From: a virus
Lineage: Duplodnaviria > Heunggongvirae > Uroviricota > Caudoviricetes
Virus record (IMG/VR): IMGVR_UViG_3300042563_002362
Length of the DNA: 43,978 bases
Direction: 5' to 3' (one strand)
In this document: in pieces, positions 8,319 to 17,757 of the stretch
Layout of the letters: every line of letters starts with the position of its first letter
How positions within the stretch are numbered: position 1 is the stretch's first letter
Position numbers and translations under genes: made by a program
The notes under the pieces: generated by a model
What the model saw: the letters and a program-made list of their open reading frames with translations, nothing else
What the model was told of the DNA's origin: nothing
Databases searched by the model: none

Positions 8319-8768
8319 ATGTCGCTAAACCGAATGACTGAAATGCTGGAAGATATGAACTCCCAGCCAAACGCCGCTGAAGGATTCTCCGCTGCCGAAT
8401 TTTATAAGGCAGGCCAAAAGTACGGAGTAACCTGCAGCGAAATCATGGTGAACTTCCTTGGCAAAGCCCGTGCGCTTTCTCGCGGTAAGTATCCCGCCGT
8501 TGCTCCTGACGCTCCGCTTGAAACGAGCCGCAAGCCAAAAGCTGCAGCTGCTCCCAAGCCAAAAGCTGCAGCTGCTCCCAAGCCGTTGAAGGTCGCTGCG
8601 AAAAAGGCGCCCAAGAAGGCCGATGAAAAACCCGCCAAGGTGCCCAAAAAGACCAAGCCGAGCATTGCCGATGAAATCAATGCCGAGCTCGATGCCGAAG
8701 ATCTCGAGGAAAGCGGTGCAGTGTTTGTATACATCGCGACTCCTGACGAAATTGCTGAAGAAGGCTGA
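8319..8768 (+). CDS. Early protein with K/A/P-rich (histone H1-like) linker and acidic tail
   Basis: KPKAAAAP repeats encoded by a 24-bp direct repeat (8531-8584); E/D-rich C-terminus. Confidence 0.75.
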   Translation: MSLNRMTEMLEDMNSQPNAAEGFSAAEFYKAGQKYGVTCSEIMVNFLGKARALSRGKYPAVAPDAPLETSRKPKAAAAPKPKAAAAPKPLKVAAKKAPKKADEKPAKVPKKTKPSIADEINAELDAEDLEESGAVFVYIATPDEIAEEG

Positions 8769-8777
8769 ATCATTTAT

Positions 8778-8800
8778 GCAGGGTGAAAGCCCTGCTTTTC
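8778..8800 (+). terminator. Rho-independent terminator
   Basis: GCAGGG-TGAAAG-CCCTGC followed by TTTT. Confidence 0.7.
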
Positions 8801-8804
8801 CTTT

Positions 8805-9050
8805 ATGAAAAATCTTACGAAAACATTCTGGCGCGCATATTACCGTCTGACTCTTGGCGCCGAAGAGAATTCTCGCCGTGTCGAATCAGCTAAGATGTTT
8901 GGCGGTTACCTTGCTGAACAATCTGAAAGTGTTGGTATCGGTCGCAATTACGATGTAAATGGAAATCAAATTCGCGGATGGCATCGGCGCTCAGCCCGCC
9001 TCGCTTCTCCGAGAGATTCGCATCCACTCATTGAAAGGTATTGCCGATGA
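8805..9050 (+). CDS. Hypothetical protein
   Basis: 81-aa ORF. Confidence 0.6.
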   Translation: MKNLTKTFWRAYYRLTLGAEENSRRVESAKMFGGYLAEQSESVGIGRNYDVNGNQIRGWHRRSARLASPRDSHPLIERYCR

Positions 9051-9098
9051 ACTAAGAGAAAAAAAAGTTCACTAACATACTTCTTCCGTGCTTTTGCC

Positions 9099-9132
9099 GG
9101 CAGCTGAATTTAGGTTCAGCTGCCTTTTATTA
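9099..9132 (+). terminator. Rho-independent terminator
   Basis: 10-bp stem GGCAGCTGAA/TTCAGCTGCC followed by TTTTATT. Confidence 0.85.
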
Positions 9133-9167
9133 TTTACATTTTGAGGACAATAAATTATATTAAACAT

Positions 9168-9500
9168 ATGAATATTCCAATACTAAACCGTCTGTATGAA
9201 TTGTTTGGGTCGCCCAATCAATCTTGCTATGCAAACGATATGCTTGCATCATACATGTTTTCATTCCTCGAAGAAGGAGACACTTATGTCGATCTTAAAC
9301 TGCCTCTTGATGTACGTGATCTTATTGAAGAATGTCAGACGTATGTTTTAAGTGATCGCCCAGCTCAAATAAACATTGCAATTGAAGCTGAACTTAGAGA
9401 AGATTATAATCGGTACGATGAAATCATTGCTGCTATTTATGAACAGGATACCGCAGTTCTATGTAATCTTGTTAAAATCCGTAACCACATTTTTGCATGA
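9168..9500 (+). CDS. Hypothetical protein, first gene of the DNA-modification cluster
   Basis: ATG 6 nt after TATATT (9156-61) of a promoter with TTTACA at 9133-38; stop overlaps the gp42 start. Confidence 0.7.
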   Translation: MNIPILNRLYELFGSPNQSCYANDMLASYMFSFLEEGDTYVDLKLPLDVRDLIEECQTYVLSDRPAQINIAIEAELREDYNRYDEIIAAIYEQDTAVLCNLVKIRNHIFA

Positions 9501-10204
9501 AACCTGTCAAAACAGCAGACATCCGCGATACACTTGCTTCTCTCTATAAGCAAGGACAATTTTCAACCGACAAGACTGGTGTAAAAACCGTAGAGATTGT
9601 CGGTGCAAGCTTCATTGCCGACGAACCTACAATCTTTGGTTCTCTCAATGATGAATACATCAAAAAGGAATTGGATTGGTACCTTTCGCAGAGCCTATAT
9701 GTCAAAGACATTGGTGATCCAGTCCCAAAGATTTGGACAGCAGTATCTAGTTCTGAAGGTAAGATCAATTCCAACTATGGATATCTGATTTACTCTGAGG
9801 CCAACGGATTCCAGTTTGATAATGTTCTTAATGAACTGTTCTCAAACAAAGATTCGCGACGCGCTGTAATGATTTACACTCGCCCAACCATGCATAAGGA
9901 TTATAATGCAGATGGCATGAGCGATTTCATTTGCACCAATGCAGTTCAATACTTGATTCGCGATGGTGTATTGCATACAATTGTCCAAATGCGCAGCAAT
10001 GATGTTGTCTTTGGATATCGCAATGACTATGCTTGGCAGCATTACGTATCGTCTTCTCTTCTTAAGCAATACAACGATTGCCTTCAGGATCAAAGCGATG
10101 AAATTACTCTAGGCAGTATTACTTGGCAAGTTGGTTCTTTGCACGTGTATGAAAGACACTTTGGTTTGATTGAGGATTACATTGCTTCACTCTCTGAGCA
10201 ATAA
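9497..10204 (+). CDS. gp42: dCMP hydroxymethylase (T4 gp42 homolog)
   Basis: DKTGVKTVEIVGASF.ADEP.IFG, INSNYG, DSRR..IYTRP, SDFICTN (catalytic Cys), MRSNDVVFGYRNDYAWQ (Asp that specifies dCMP), GSLHVY; close to T4 gp42 as recalled. Confidence 0.95.
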   Translation: MKPVKTADIRDTLASLYKQGQFSTDKTGVKTVEIVGASFIADEPTIFGSLNDEYIKKELDWYLSQSLYVKDIGDPVPKIWTAVSSSEGKINSNYGYLIYSEANGFQFDNVLNELFSNKDSRRAVMIYTRPTMHKDYNADGMSDFICTNAVQYLIRDGVLHTIVQMRSNDVVFGYRNDYAWQHYVSSSLLKQYNDCLQDQSDEITLGSITWQVGSLHVYERHFGLIEDYIASLSEQ

Positions 10205-10244
10205 ATTGTTTACAAACATCATACATCCTGATATAATAATCAAT

Positions 10245-10733
10245 ATGACGGAACAGTTGCATTATGATCCTGAGAATTTTAGAGCGTTCATCCCTAAGAT
10301 TAAAGGAATCAGCAAATTTCCAGAAATCATTGCATATTTGATTCCTGCGCCAGACTACTCAAAGCAACCAACTAAAATAAACTATACCCGAATGGAAGAA
10401 AAAGAAAGCATAAAAATTCTCGACGAGTGTAAAGCTCTTCAAATCAAAAAGTCAAACGACTACCAAAATCCACACTCGCGTATTCGACAAGCGGATTATT
10501 ACCCACGTGGTGTTGCCACAATTCTAGACATCATTCAGGCTAAAGTCCTGCGGATGTATTCAGTGATTGAGGCTATGGAAAATGATCCAAGCTATGTTCC
10601 TAACTTTGAAAGCTTCGAAGATTCGTGTAAAGATTTGATCAACTATGCCAGTTTTGCGGCTGCGTATTCGCGCGGAAAGGTTGATGGTCAGTCTGACTCT
10701 AAGGACTTTCTAAATCGCAATGTGAAGGCATGA
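10245..10733 (+). CDS. Nucleotide-modification-associated (Nmad1/DUF1599-like) all-alpha NTP pyrophosphatase-like protein
   Basis: KKSNDY, K..R, ES.EDS..DLINYA motifs; own promoter TTTACA 10209/TATAAT 10232. Confidence 0.7.
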   Translation: MTEQLHYDPENFRAFIPKIKGISKFPEIIAYLIPAPDYSKQPTKINYTRMEEKESIKILDECKALQIKKSNDYQNPHSRIRQADYYPRGVATILDIIQAKVLRMYSVIEAMENDPSYVPNFESFEDSCKDLINYASFAAAYSRGKVDGQSDSKDFLNRNVKA

Positions 10734-11617
10734 AGAATGTGGTGTTCATACCAACGTCCAATCTTTACAGAGTGCGTACTCTGATAAAGTACTACAATGT
10801 TCATAACTTGCCAACCGATCAGCGAGTGATTTTCATTGCTGATGATCGAGGTAGCATCTCAAAGGAAGAGTATGCTGAGGCTGTAAACGATCCACGTTTT
10901 GAATTGATCTATACGTCGGATATGCTGGCAGGCGTAAATGAACTCTTTGCGGATTGTCCATACTATGATGTAATCATCAATGACATGTATAAAGTGTCAG
11001 TCAAGATGGTTGTGTTCATTTACGCTTCACATGTGTTGGGTATCAAGAAGAGTCTGATGCTTGACGACGACATCTTGTTTCTCAAGCCGCTTGATGAATG
11101 GTTTAAGTATGACTACGTTGTCAAAGAAGATGGCTTGTCAAACATGACAGACGCTCAAGTGAAAGCGTTTCAACGTGCATACCCACATGTTGATGTTGCG
11201 GAATTTAATCAGTCAAAGCATCGCATCAATTCAGGTAGCATTCTTTACACAATGGAAGATAGCAGCCGTCGTCTTCTTGATGATGTTCGTGCATTCTTTT
11301 CGTCAGACGATATTTACCACATCTTCGTGAATCGTCTGAACAAGACCAACAGCCGACGTAAAGGTTGGGGTTATGATTGGATGCTTGAGCAATACTTCTA
11401 TGGTATCCACATGTATTCCTTAGGCGTAGAGATTCCACGCTTCCGCTCGGCAGTCAATATTGCTCTAGGATATCCAAAGGAAGACAAACCACCTAAGCCG
11501 TTCAAGAAAATTCCAAATGTAATTCACTTCCTTCAGATGGAAAAGCAGCGAATGTACGATGCATATCTACCATTGATTGATTCCTATTTGGAAAGCAATA
11601 ATTACAACAACAAATAA
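10730..11617 (+). CDS. GT-A fold glycosyltransferase
   Basis: LMLDDDILF DxD motif, INSG, EQ..., C-terminal VIHF (GT8-like pattern). Confidence 0.7.
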   Translation: MKNVVFIPTSNLYRVRTLIKYYNVHNLPTDQRVIFIADDRGSISKEEYAEAVNDPRFELIYTSDMLAGVNELFADCPYYDVIINDMYKVSVKMVVFIYASHVLGIKKSLMLDDDILFLKPLDEWFKYDYVVKEDGLSNMTDAQVKAFQRAYPHVDVAEFNQSKHRINSGSILYTMEDSSRRLLDDVRAFFSSDDIYHIFVNRLNKTNSRRKGWGYDWMLEQYFYGIHMYSLGVEIPRFRSAVNIALGYPKEDKPPKPFKKIPNVIHFLQMEKQRMYDAYLPLIDSYLESNNYNNK

Positions 11618-11633
11618 CAAAACAACAATCATT

Positions 11634-13022
11634 ATGAGAAAATTCACAGTAGCGTTTTTCGCATTGGGTTCGGCACTAAAGTTTGATGAGAGTAAAGTTC
11701 TACGTTCAGACGGAAGTAGCGAATACCTTGCGTTAGCCAAATTGCTCCTTCGCAACAAGTCTATCGAAAAGATCGTTCTTCTTTCAAAGTCTGACCTTGC
11801 ACGTATCAGCCCTCAAAAGCGAAACGAACTTGATCCTGAAGGTAAACTGTTTAATCCATATGAGGCCTTTCCACAACTCCGAAAATTCCCTCGCATGGAA
11901 GATATTCCAGCTGAGGAATGGCCTAATCAGTTTATTGGTTTCACAAAAGCTATGGATGACGCTGGCATAAAGTGCGACTTTGGTATCGGCTTTACTTCAC
12001 AAGGTCATGCGGTTCTTTCGCTTGGTGGTTACCTTTGGACTGTTCGTGACACTCCTGAAAAGCCTCGCTCTAAGGCAAAGTGTTTGTCTATGTCATTGCG
12101 CTATGCAGCTGACCCAGTCTATTACCTCGGCTCACACCCAGAATTGAATTGGTGGTTGCTTGCAACAGATCCTCGGTATGTCAAGCCATCTATGCGCCAT
12201 CGTGACAACGCAAACCTTCCAAAGAAAGTTCTTGGGCAGCATGACTTTGACATTAAGTGGCATACAATCAAAAAGCTACATCCTGACGCGCTTGAAGAGA
12301 ATGGTGACTTCCATGACGTCTATCTCAAGTCAGAATACAGCGGAATTGAAAAGATGAACCTTATGGGCGAAGGTGTTCTTGATCCTGAGAAAACAGATAA
12401 GCCTAACAAGTTTACGATTGTATCCATGCAGGTGTCGGCTCCTTCTGCAACTGAAGATCTACGTTATGACATTCTTAAGGAATACATCATTGATCGTGAT
12501 CCTGAAGGTAAGGCAAACATCTATGGAAAATGGAATGACTACTTTAAGAAAGATCATGTCCAATTCAAAGGATACATTGCAACTGAAGATCTTGACAAAA
12601 CATTTGCAGATACTCGCTATACGCTAGTGCTTCCAACTGAAGCAGGATGGGTAACAAGTAAGTATGCTGAAATGCTACAGCTTGCAGTTGTTCCATTCTT
12701 GCATCCGCGATATGACACTCAATATCACATCGTTCCAAAGGATCATTTCATTCGCGTTAAAGACGCTGATGATTTCTACAAGAAGATGGAATACCTTGAC
12801 ACGAATCCAAACAAGCGTATTGCACTGCTTAAGGATTTGCAAAACGGTCTCATCAAGGAAGCGTTCACTGGTAAGTTTATGATTGACCTGCTGAACAAAC
12901 AACTCGATGAATATAACTATGAAAACCGTCTAGACGATTCTGAAGAATCTCTTTGGCCTCTGAAGGAAAAGGTAATCACTGTCCCTGAGAAGGACGTTTC
13001 ACTCGACCAATTTTTCGCATAA
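11634..13022 (+). CDS. T4 beta-glucosyltransferase-like (GT-B) DNA glycosyltransferase
   Basis: SSEY (cf. BGT PSSET), LATDPR (cf. FTDIR catalytic Asp), TSKYAEML..VPFLHPRYDTQYHIV..IRVKD (cf. TLRVWETM..DEEFDTKHRII..FYV). Confidence 0.75.
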   Translation: MRKFTVAFFALGSALKFDESKVLRSDGSSEYLALAKLLLRNKSIEKIVLLSKSDLARISPQKRNELDPEGKLFNPYEAFPQLRKFPRMEDIPAEEWPNQFIGFTKAMDDAGIKCDFGIGFTSQGHAVLSLGGYLWTVRDTPEKPRSKAKCLSMSLRYAADPVYYLGSHPELNWWLLATDPRYVKPSMRHRDNANLPKKVLGQHDFDIKWHTIKKLHPDALEENGDFHDVYLKSEYSGIEKMNLMGEGVLDPEKTDKPNKFTIVSMQVSAPSATEDLRYDILKEYIIDRDPEGKANIYGKWNDYFKKDHVQFKGYIATEDLDKTFADTRYTLVLPTEAGWVTSKYAEMLQLAVVPFLHPRYDTQYHIVPKDHFIRVKDADDFYKKMEYLDTNPNKRIALLKDLQNGLIKEAFTGKFMIDLLNKQLDEYNYENRLDDSEESLWPLKEKVITVPEKDVSLDQFFA

Positions 13023-13044
13023 CATTCTCATATATAATACACAC

Positions 13045-14007
13045 ATGAAGAAACTGACAATCGTAACTACGACAATTAACTCGCCAACTGAAGCCACTCA
13101 CCGCTTTGCAAAAATTGCAAGCGACAAAGGTTTTAAGTTGGTTATCGCAGGTGATACTAAAACTCCACATGCCGAATATGAAGCATTGGCAGCTAAGTAT
13201 GGTAAGGACGTGATCCATTACCTTTCACCTGAAACGCAGGAAAGACTGTTCCCACTGCTTTCCGAAACGATCGGATGGAAAACCATTCAGCGACGTAATG
13301 TTGGATATGCCTATGCCTATCTACATACCGATGCAGACGTAATTGCAACTGTTGACGATGATAACATTCCTTATGCAAATTGGGGTGAAAACATTTTGGT
13401 TGGTGAAGACGTTACCTATGATTGCTACATCAACAAGAGATCTGATTATTTTGATCCTCTATCGGTAACAAAGGACAACTATGTTTGGCATCGCGGCTAT
13501 CCGATTCAGCATCTACAAACTCGTCATGACAATGAATATCGTGGACCGTCCGTAAAGCGCTGCTTGGTTCAGGCAATGCTTTGGGATGGTGATCCTGACA
13601 TTGATGCAATGGCTCGTCTGACACATAAGCCCTGCGTTCGCTACAATGACATCACGCGTCCATACGGAAGTACGCAGCTTGCTCCGTTTAACTCTCAAAA
13701 TACTTTCCTTGACCGTTCGGTAATGCCAGTTTATGCTGTGCTTCCATATGTCGGTCGTATGGATGATATTTGGGGTGCATACATTATGCAATCATATTTC
13801 CCTAACAGCGTCGTCTATGATGTTGCTACGGTCTATCAAGATCGCAACGTTCAAGACCTTGTTACCAATCTCGAAAATGAAGTCATCGGATATCGCAATA
13901 CCCTGAAGCTCGTTGAGCACATTCGTAACGGCGAAGACTTCTTCAGCATTCTTCCAGATACAACAAAGCGCTTTTGGGATACTTACACAACAACACTTAA
14001 TCAATAA
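13045..14007 (+). CDS. GT75/STELLO (RGP/UDP-sugar mutase-related) protein
   Basis: VTTTIN.PT, GDTKTP, RRNVGY, VDDDN, WHRGYP, DGDPDIDA, PFNSQNT, RMDDIW motifs. Confidence 0.82.
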   Translation: MKKLTIVTTTINSPTEATHRFAKIASDKGFKLVIAGDTKTPHAEYEALAAKYGKDVIHYLSPETQERLFPLLSETIGWKTIQRRNVGYAYAYLHTDADVIATVDDDNIPYANWGENILVGEDVTYDCYINKRSDYFDPLSVTKDNYVWHRGYPIQHLQTRHDNEYRGPSVKRCLVQAMLWDGDPDIDAMARLTHKPCVRYNDITRPYGSTQLAPFNSQNTFLDRSVMPVYAVLPYVGRMDDIWGAYIMQSYFPNSVVYDVATVYQDRNVQDLVTNLENEVIGYRNTLKLVEHIRNGEDFFSILPDTTKRFWDTYTTTLNQ

Positions 14008-15032
14008 TGAAACAAAAAACAGCATTGGTATTGGGCGGAGGCGGCTTTATTGGCGGCCATCTTGCAAAACGTTTGAAGGATGAAGGATTCTACGTTCGTG
14101 TAGTTGACATCAAGCCTCAACATGAGTATTGGGATCACGCAGTCATGTGCGATGAATATGTTGCTGGAGATCTACGCGATCCACGCGTTGTTTCACGTGT
14201 AATGTTTGCGCCAGATCAGGGTTCTGAAAGTAATCCTGGATTTGACGAAGTGTATCAACTAGCAGCTGATATGGGCGGTGCAGGTTATATCTTTACGGGT
14301 GAGCATGACGCTGATGTTATGCATAACTCTGCAATGATTAACTTGAATGTTGCGTATGAAGCGTCTAAGAAAAACGTTCAGCGTATTTTTTATTCTTCTT
14401 CGGCATGCATGTATCCAGAGCATAATCAGTTGGATCCTGACAACCCGAACTGTGAAGAATCATCTGCTTATCCAGCAAATCCAGATAGTGAATATGGTTG
14501 GGAAAAGCTTTTTAGTGAGCGTATGTTCTTTGCCTTTGCACGTAACTACAACCTAGACGTTCGTGTTGCACGATTCCATAACATCTTTGGGCCTATGGGT
14601 ACATATGATGGTGGAAAAGAAAAGGCTCCAGCCGCTATGTGCCGCAAGGCTCTATTGGCAGATGGAGAAATTGAAGTATGGGGTGACGGTAAACAAACGC
14701 GTTCATTCTTATACATCGACGACTGCCTCGAGGCTATCATACGATTCATGCGACAAGATACTTTTGAAGGTCCAGTAAACATTGGTTCGGAAGAGCAGGT
14801 TACAATTAACCAACTTGCCGAAATGGCAATTGGTCTATCAAAGAAAGACACTGTCATTCGTAACATCGAAGGCGCTGACTTTGAAGCTAAGTATGGCTTC
14901 AGATGTCCAGTTGGTGTACGTGGACGTAATTCCGACAACCGTCTCTATCGTGAAAAGATGGGATGGGAAGTTTCTCAACCACTGCTTGTTGGTATGGAGA
15001 AGACTTACGAATGGATCTCTTCACGTTACTAA
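14007..15032 (+). CDS. GDP-mannose 3,5-epimerase-like extended SDR
   Basis: GGGGFIG, LAADMGG.G.I, YSSSACMYP (catalytic Cys), YGWEK, GGKEKAPAAMCRK (catalytic Lys), GVRGRNSDN. Confidence 0.9.
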   Translation: MKQKTALVLGGGGFIGGHLAKRLKDEGFYVRVVDIKPQHEYWDHAVMCDEYVAGDLRDPRVVSRVMFAPDQGSESNPGFDEVYQLAADMGGAGYIFTGEHDADVMHNSAMINLNVAYEASKKNVQRIFYSSSACMYPEHNQLDPDNPNCEESSAYPANPDSEYGWEKLFSERMFFAFARNYNLDVRVARFHNIFGPMGTYDGGKEKAPAAMCRKALLADGEIEVWGDGKQTRSFLYIDDCLEAIIRFMRQDTFEGPVNIGSEEQVTINQLAEMAIGLSKKDTVIRNIEGADFEAKYGFRCPVGVRGRNSDNRLYREKMGWEVSQPLLVGMEKTYEWISSRY

Positions 15033-15046
15033 ACAAAATACTCATC

Positions 15047-15082
15047 AAACCCAGGGAGCGGAATGTTCCCCTGGGTTTCTTA
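15047..15082 (+). terminator. Rho-independent terminator
   Basis: AAACCCAGG/CCTGGGTTT stem followed by TCTTAT. Confidence 0.7.
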
Positions 15083-15095
15083 TAGATAAATTACA

Positions 15096-16361
15096 ATGAA
15101 TTTGAAATACGCAGCAATTGTTCCTCTAATTGGAGGTGAAGTATTAGGTACAGCTGAAGCTCTAAATGGACAACTACCTGAATATGTACTGTCATACACC
15201 CCATTTAAGAATAACGACGAACACTACATCAATTATATCCGTACACAAAAAGGCTGGTCCGGTGATTATGTTTTCTTGGACGAAGATCCTGACTATGTAG
15301 CGCCGCATGTAGACGTTGTTCTTACAACATGCCCTTGTGCTGGATTATCAAGCTTTAGTACAACAAGCAGTGAAAACAGTGCAACCAATGATTGGATGTA
15401 TCGCACTGCCGAATACGTACTTGGCACAATCAAGCCAACTGTCTTTTGGGGAGAAAACGCTCCACGATTGTATGGTAACAGCGGTAAGAAAGTAGCAGAT
15501 CGTCTACATGAAATTGGTAAAGAACTTGGATACAGTCTGAATCTTTACTACACTGAAAGCCGTCTGCATGGTCTATCGCAAAAGAGACCGCGCACTTTCT
15601 ACTTCTTTACAAAGAGTGATACTGCTCCTATCTTCCCATGGCATCGTAAGGAAGAAGAACCGGTTGTCGATCTATTGAAGATTCCAAAGGACGCTGAAGA
15701 TCCAATGAACGTTCTTACAAACCAAGAATGTCCAACTGCAAATGCATGGGTTGCCTATAACATGGCAATGACTGGATCAAAGACAATCCGTGAATTGTCC
15801 ACTCACTTTGAGAAGACAACAAACTTGATCGTGAACACCGACGGTGGATACGGTAAAGGTCTGTTAGAAGTTGCAGATTGGATGGATGCAAATGGATTCT
15901 CGCATACAGCTAATCGCGCACGTGCTATGCAGGCTAAATTGGATGATGGTAAAGGTTATTGGGCGCACGGTGTTACTCTTCCAAAAGGTAACTCCATTCC
16001 AGCATTTATTGGACCGCTTCCATACTTCCTAATCAATCCAGAGACTGAAAAGTACATTACGATTCGTGATGGTCTTCGTCTGATGAAGATGCCAGATGAT
16101 TTTAATCTTGTAGGTGATAAGCCGCTCTCTAAGATTAACCACATTTGCCAAAACGTTCCAGTTACGACTGCACGTGACATGATGCTTAATGTACTTGAAT
16201 ATCTTGACGGCAAAACAATCAATGGAGACTGCTCGTACATCAAACAGAGCAACAAGAACAAGACAGTTGTTCGCGTTACTCTTGATGAAACTTATGCAGC
16301 AAATACTGCGGAGCTTGATGAGTTTTTCCATTTACATAAACATAAAACTGATATACAATAA
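15096..16361 (+). CDS. C5-cytosine DNA methyltransferase-like protein with atypical motif I
   Basis: CPCAGLS (IV), GENAP (VI), QKRPR (VIII), TIRDGLRLMKMPDDF (IX), CQNVPV (X); motif I reads IVPLIGG rather than FxGxGG. Confidence 0.78.
   Translation: MNLKYAAIVPLIGGEVLGTAEALNGQLPEYVLSYTPFKNNDEHYINYIRTQKGWSGDYVFLDEDPDYVAPHVDVVLTTCPCAGLSSFSTTSSENSATNDWMYRTAEYVLGTIKPTVFWGENAPRLYGNSGKKVADRLHEIGKELGYSLNLYYTESRLHGLSQKRPRTFYFFTKSDTAPIFPWHRKEEEPVVDLLKIPKDAEDPMNVLTNQECPTANAWVAYNMAMTGSKTIRELSTHFEKTTNLIVNTDGGYGKGLLEVADWMDANGFSHTANRARAMQAKLDDGKGYWAHGVTLPKGNSIPAFIGPLPYFLINPETEKYITIRDGLRLMKMPDDFNLVGDKPLSKINHICQNVPVTTARDMMLNVLEYLDGKTINGDCSYIKQSNKNKTVVRVTLDETYAANTAELDEFFHLHKHKTDIQ
16331..16359 (+). promoter_or_regulatory. 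sigma70-like promoter for uvsX
   Basis: TTTACA 16331-36, 17 nt, TACAAT 16354-59. Confidence 0.7.
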
Positions 16362-16375
16362 TAACATAATAACAC

Positions 16376-17458
16376 ATGTCATCTATACTCGAAAAATTAA
16401 AAAAGAATTGCCGAATTAAAGAAGCCGATGTTCTGTCGGAATCAGACTTCTATTCGGAAAAGGATATTACTCCTACACCAGTGCCGATGATTAATGTTGC
16501 TCTTAGTGGCAGCATTGACGGTGGACTTACCAGCGGACTAACAGTTCTTGCAGGTCCGTCTAAGCACTTCAAAACTAGCTTTGCTCTTCTTATGGCAGCA
16601 AGCTATTTGAAAAAGCATAAGGACGCGATTCTTATGTTCTATGATTCCGAATTCGGATCACCGCAGCAATACTTTGAAAGCTTTGGCATTGATACATCAC
16701 GTGTTCTACATATTCCGATCAAGAACGTCGAAGAACTAAAGTTTGACTTGGTTAACCAACTTGACCAAATCGACCGTAAGGATAAGGTTGCAATCGTCAT
16801 CGACTCCGTTGGTAACCTTGCAAGTAAGAAGGAACTTGAAGATGCTCTGAATGAAAAGAGCGTCGCGGATATGACACGCGCTAAGGCGCTTAAAGGTCTG
16901 TTCCGTATGGTTACTCCATACCTTACGATGAAGAACATTCCGCTTATTGCGATCAACCACACCTACCAGGAAATTGGATTGTTCCCGAAGGCGATTGTTA
17001 GTGGTGGTACTGGCATCACCTATTCCGCTGACAACATTTGGATTCTTGGACGTCAGCAAGATAAAGATGGTACCGAAATTCAAGGATATCACTTCATTAT
17101 CAATGTTGAGAAATCTCGCTTTGTTAAGGAAAAGTCGAAGATCCCGATCAGCGTAAGCTGGGAAGGTGGTATCCAGAAGTGGTCTGGATTGCTTGATGTT
17201 GCGATTGATGGCGGATATGTTATTAAGCCAAAGAATGGTTGGTACATGGCAGTGAATAAGGCAACGGGAGAACCACTTACACAAAACCTACGAGCTGCGC
17301 AGACTATGACGGCTGACTTCTGGGGTAAGGTGTTTAACAACACCGACTTTGCCAAATACCTTAAGGACAAGTATACCATTGGTCTACGTGACATGATCAC
17401 TGAGACTGCATCTAAGGACTTGTCCGATGATGAAATCATTGAGCAGTACGAAGAGTAA
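16376..17458 (+). CDS. uvsX: RecA-like recombinase UvsX
   Basis: NVALSG..GG, AGPSKHFKT (Walker A), FYDSEFG, IDSVGNLASKKE, SVADMTRAK, SGGTG. Confidence 0.97.
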   Translation: MSSILEKLKKNCRIKEADVLSESDFYSEKDITPTPVPMINVALSGSIDGGLTSGLTVLAGPSKHFKTSFALLMAASYLKKHKDAILMFYDSEFGSPQQYFESFGIDTSRVLHIPIKNVEELKFDLVNQLDQIDRKDKVAIVIDSVGNLASKKELEDALNEKSVADMTRAKALKGLFRMVTPYLTMKNIPLIAINHTYQEIGLFPKAIVSGGTGITYSADNIWILGRQQDKDGTEIQGYHFIINVEKSRFVKEKSKIPISVSWEGGIQKWSGLLDVAIDGGYVIKPKNGWYMAVNKATGEPLTQNLRAAQTMTADFWGKVFNNTDFAKYLKDKYTIGLRDMITETASKDLSDDEIIEQYEE

Positions 17459-17757
17459 TGAAAGAAGGAAAAGACTACTTGTTGGTCGAAGATGATTTAC
17501 ATCCAGACCAATTCCTGATACAATTAACAAGTAGCGGATATGCTGGTATCGTTTACCGTTATGGTAAAGTCAGTATAATTGAGGAAAAAAATCAGGCACG
17601 TTTGCGATTTATCTACAAAATCGAGAGCGTGCCTGATTCCCTCACACACCGCCGCGACATGCTAAAAGAAGATCCCGAATTCAATAATCATATCGGTGAT
17701 ATCTTAGCTGACATTATTTCAAACAACGACTACATAATAGGAAGACCACATGACTGA
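17458..17757 (+). CDS. gp40-like head vertex assembly chaperone
   Basis: Size and position between uvsX and gp41 match T4 synteny; YRYGKV and FNNHIGDIL segments. Confidence 0.55.
   Translation: MKEGKDYLLVEDDLHPDQFLIQLTSSGYAGIVYRYGKVSIIEEKNQARLRFIYKIESVPDSLTHRRDMLKEDPEFNNHIGDILADIISNNDYIIGRPHD

Noticed and set aside
9497-10204. Thymidylate synthase or dUMP hydroxymethylase
   Set aside because: The RND Asp and overall similarity match the T4 dCMP hydroxymethylase.
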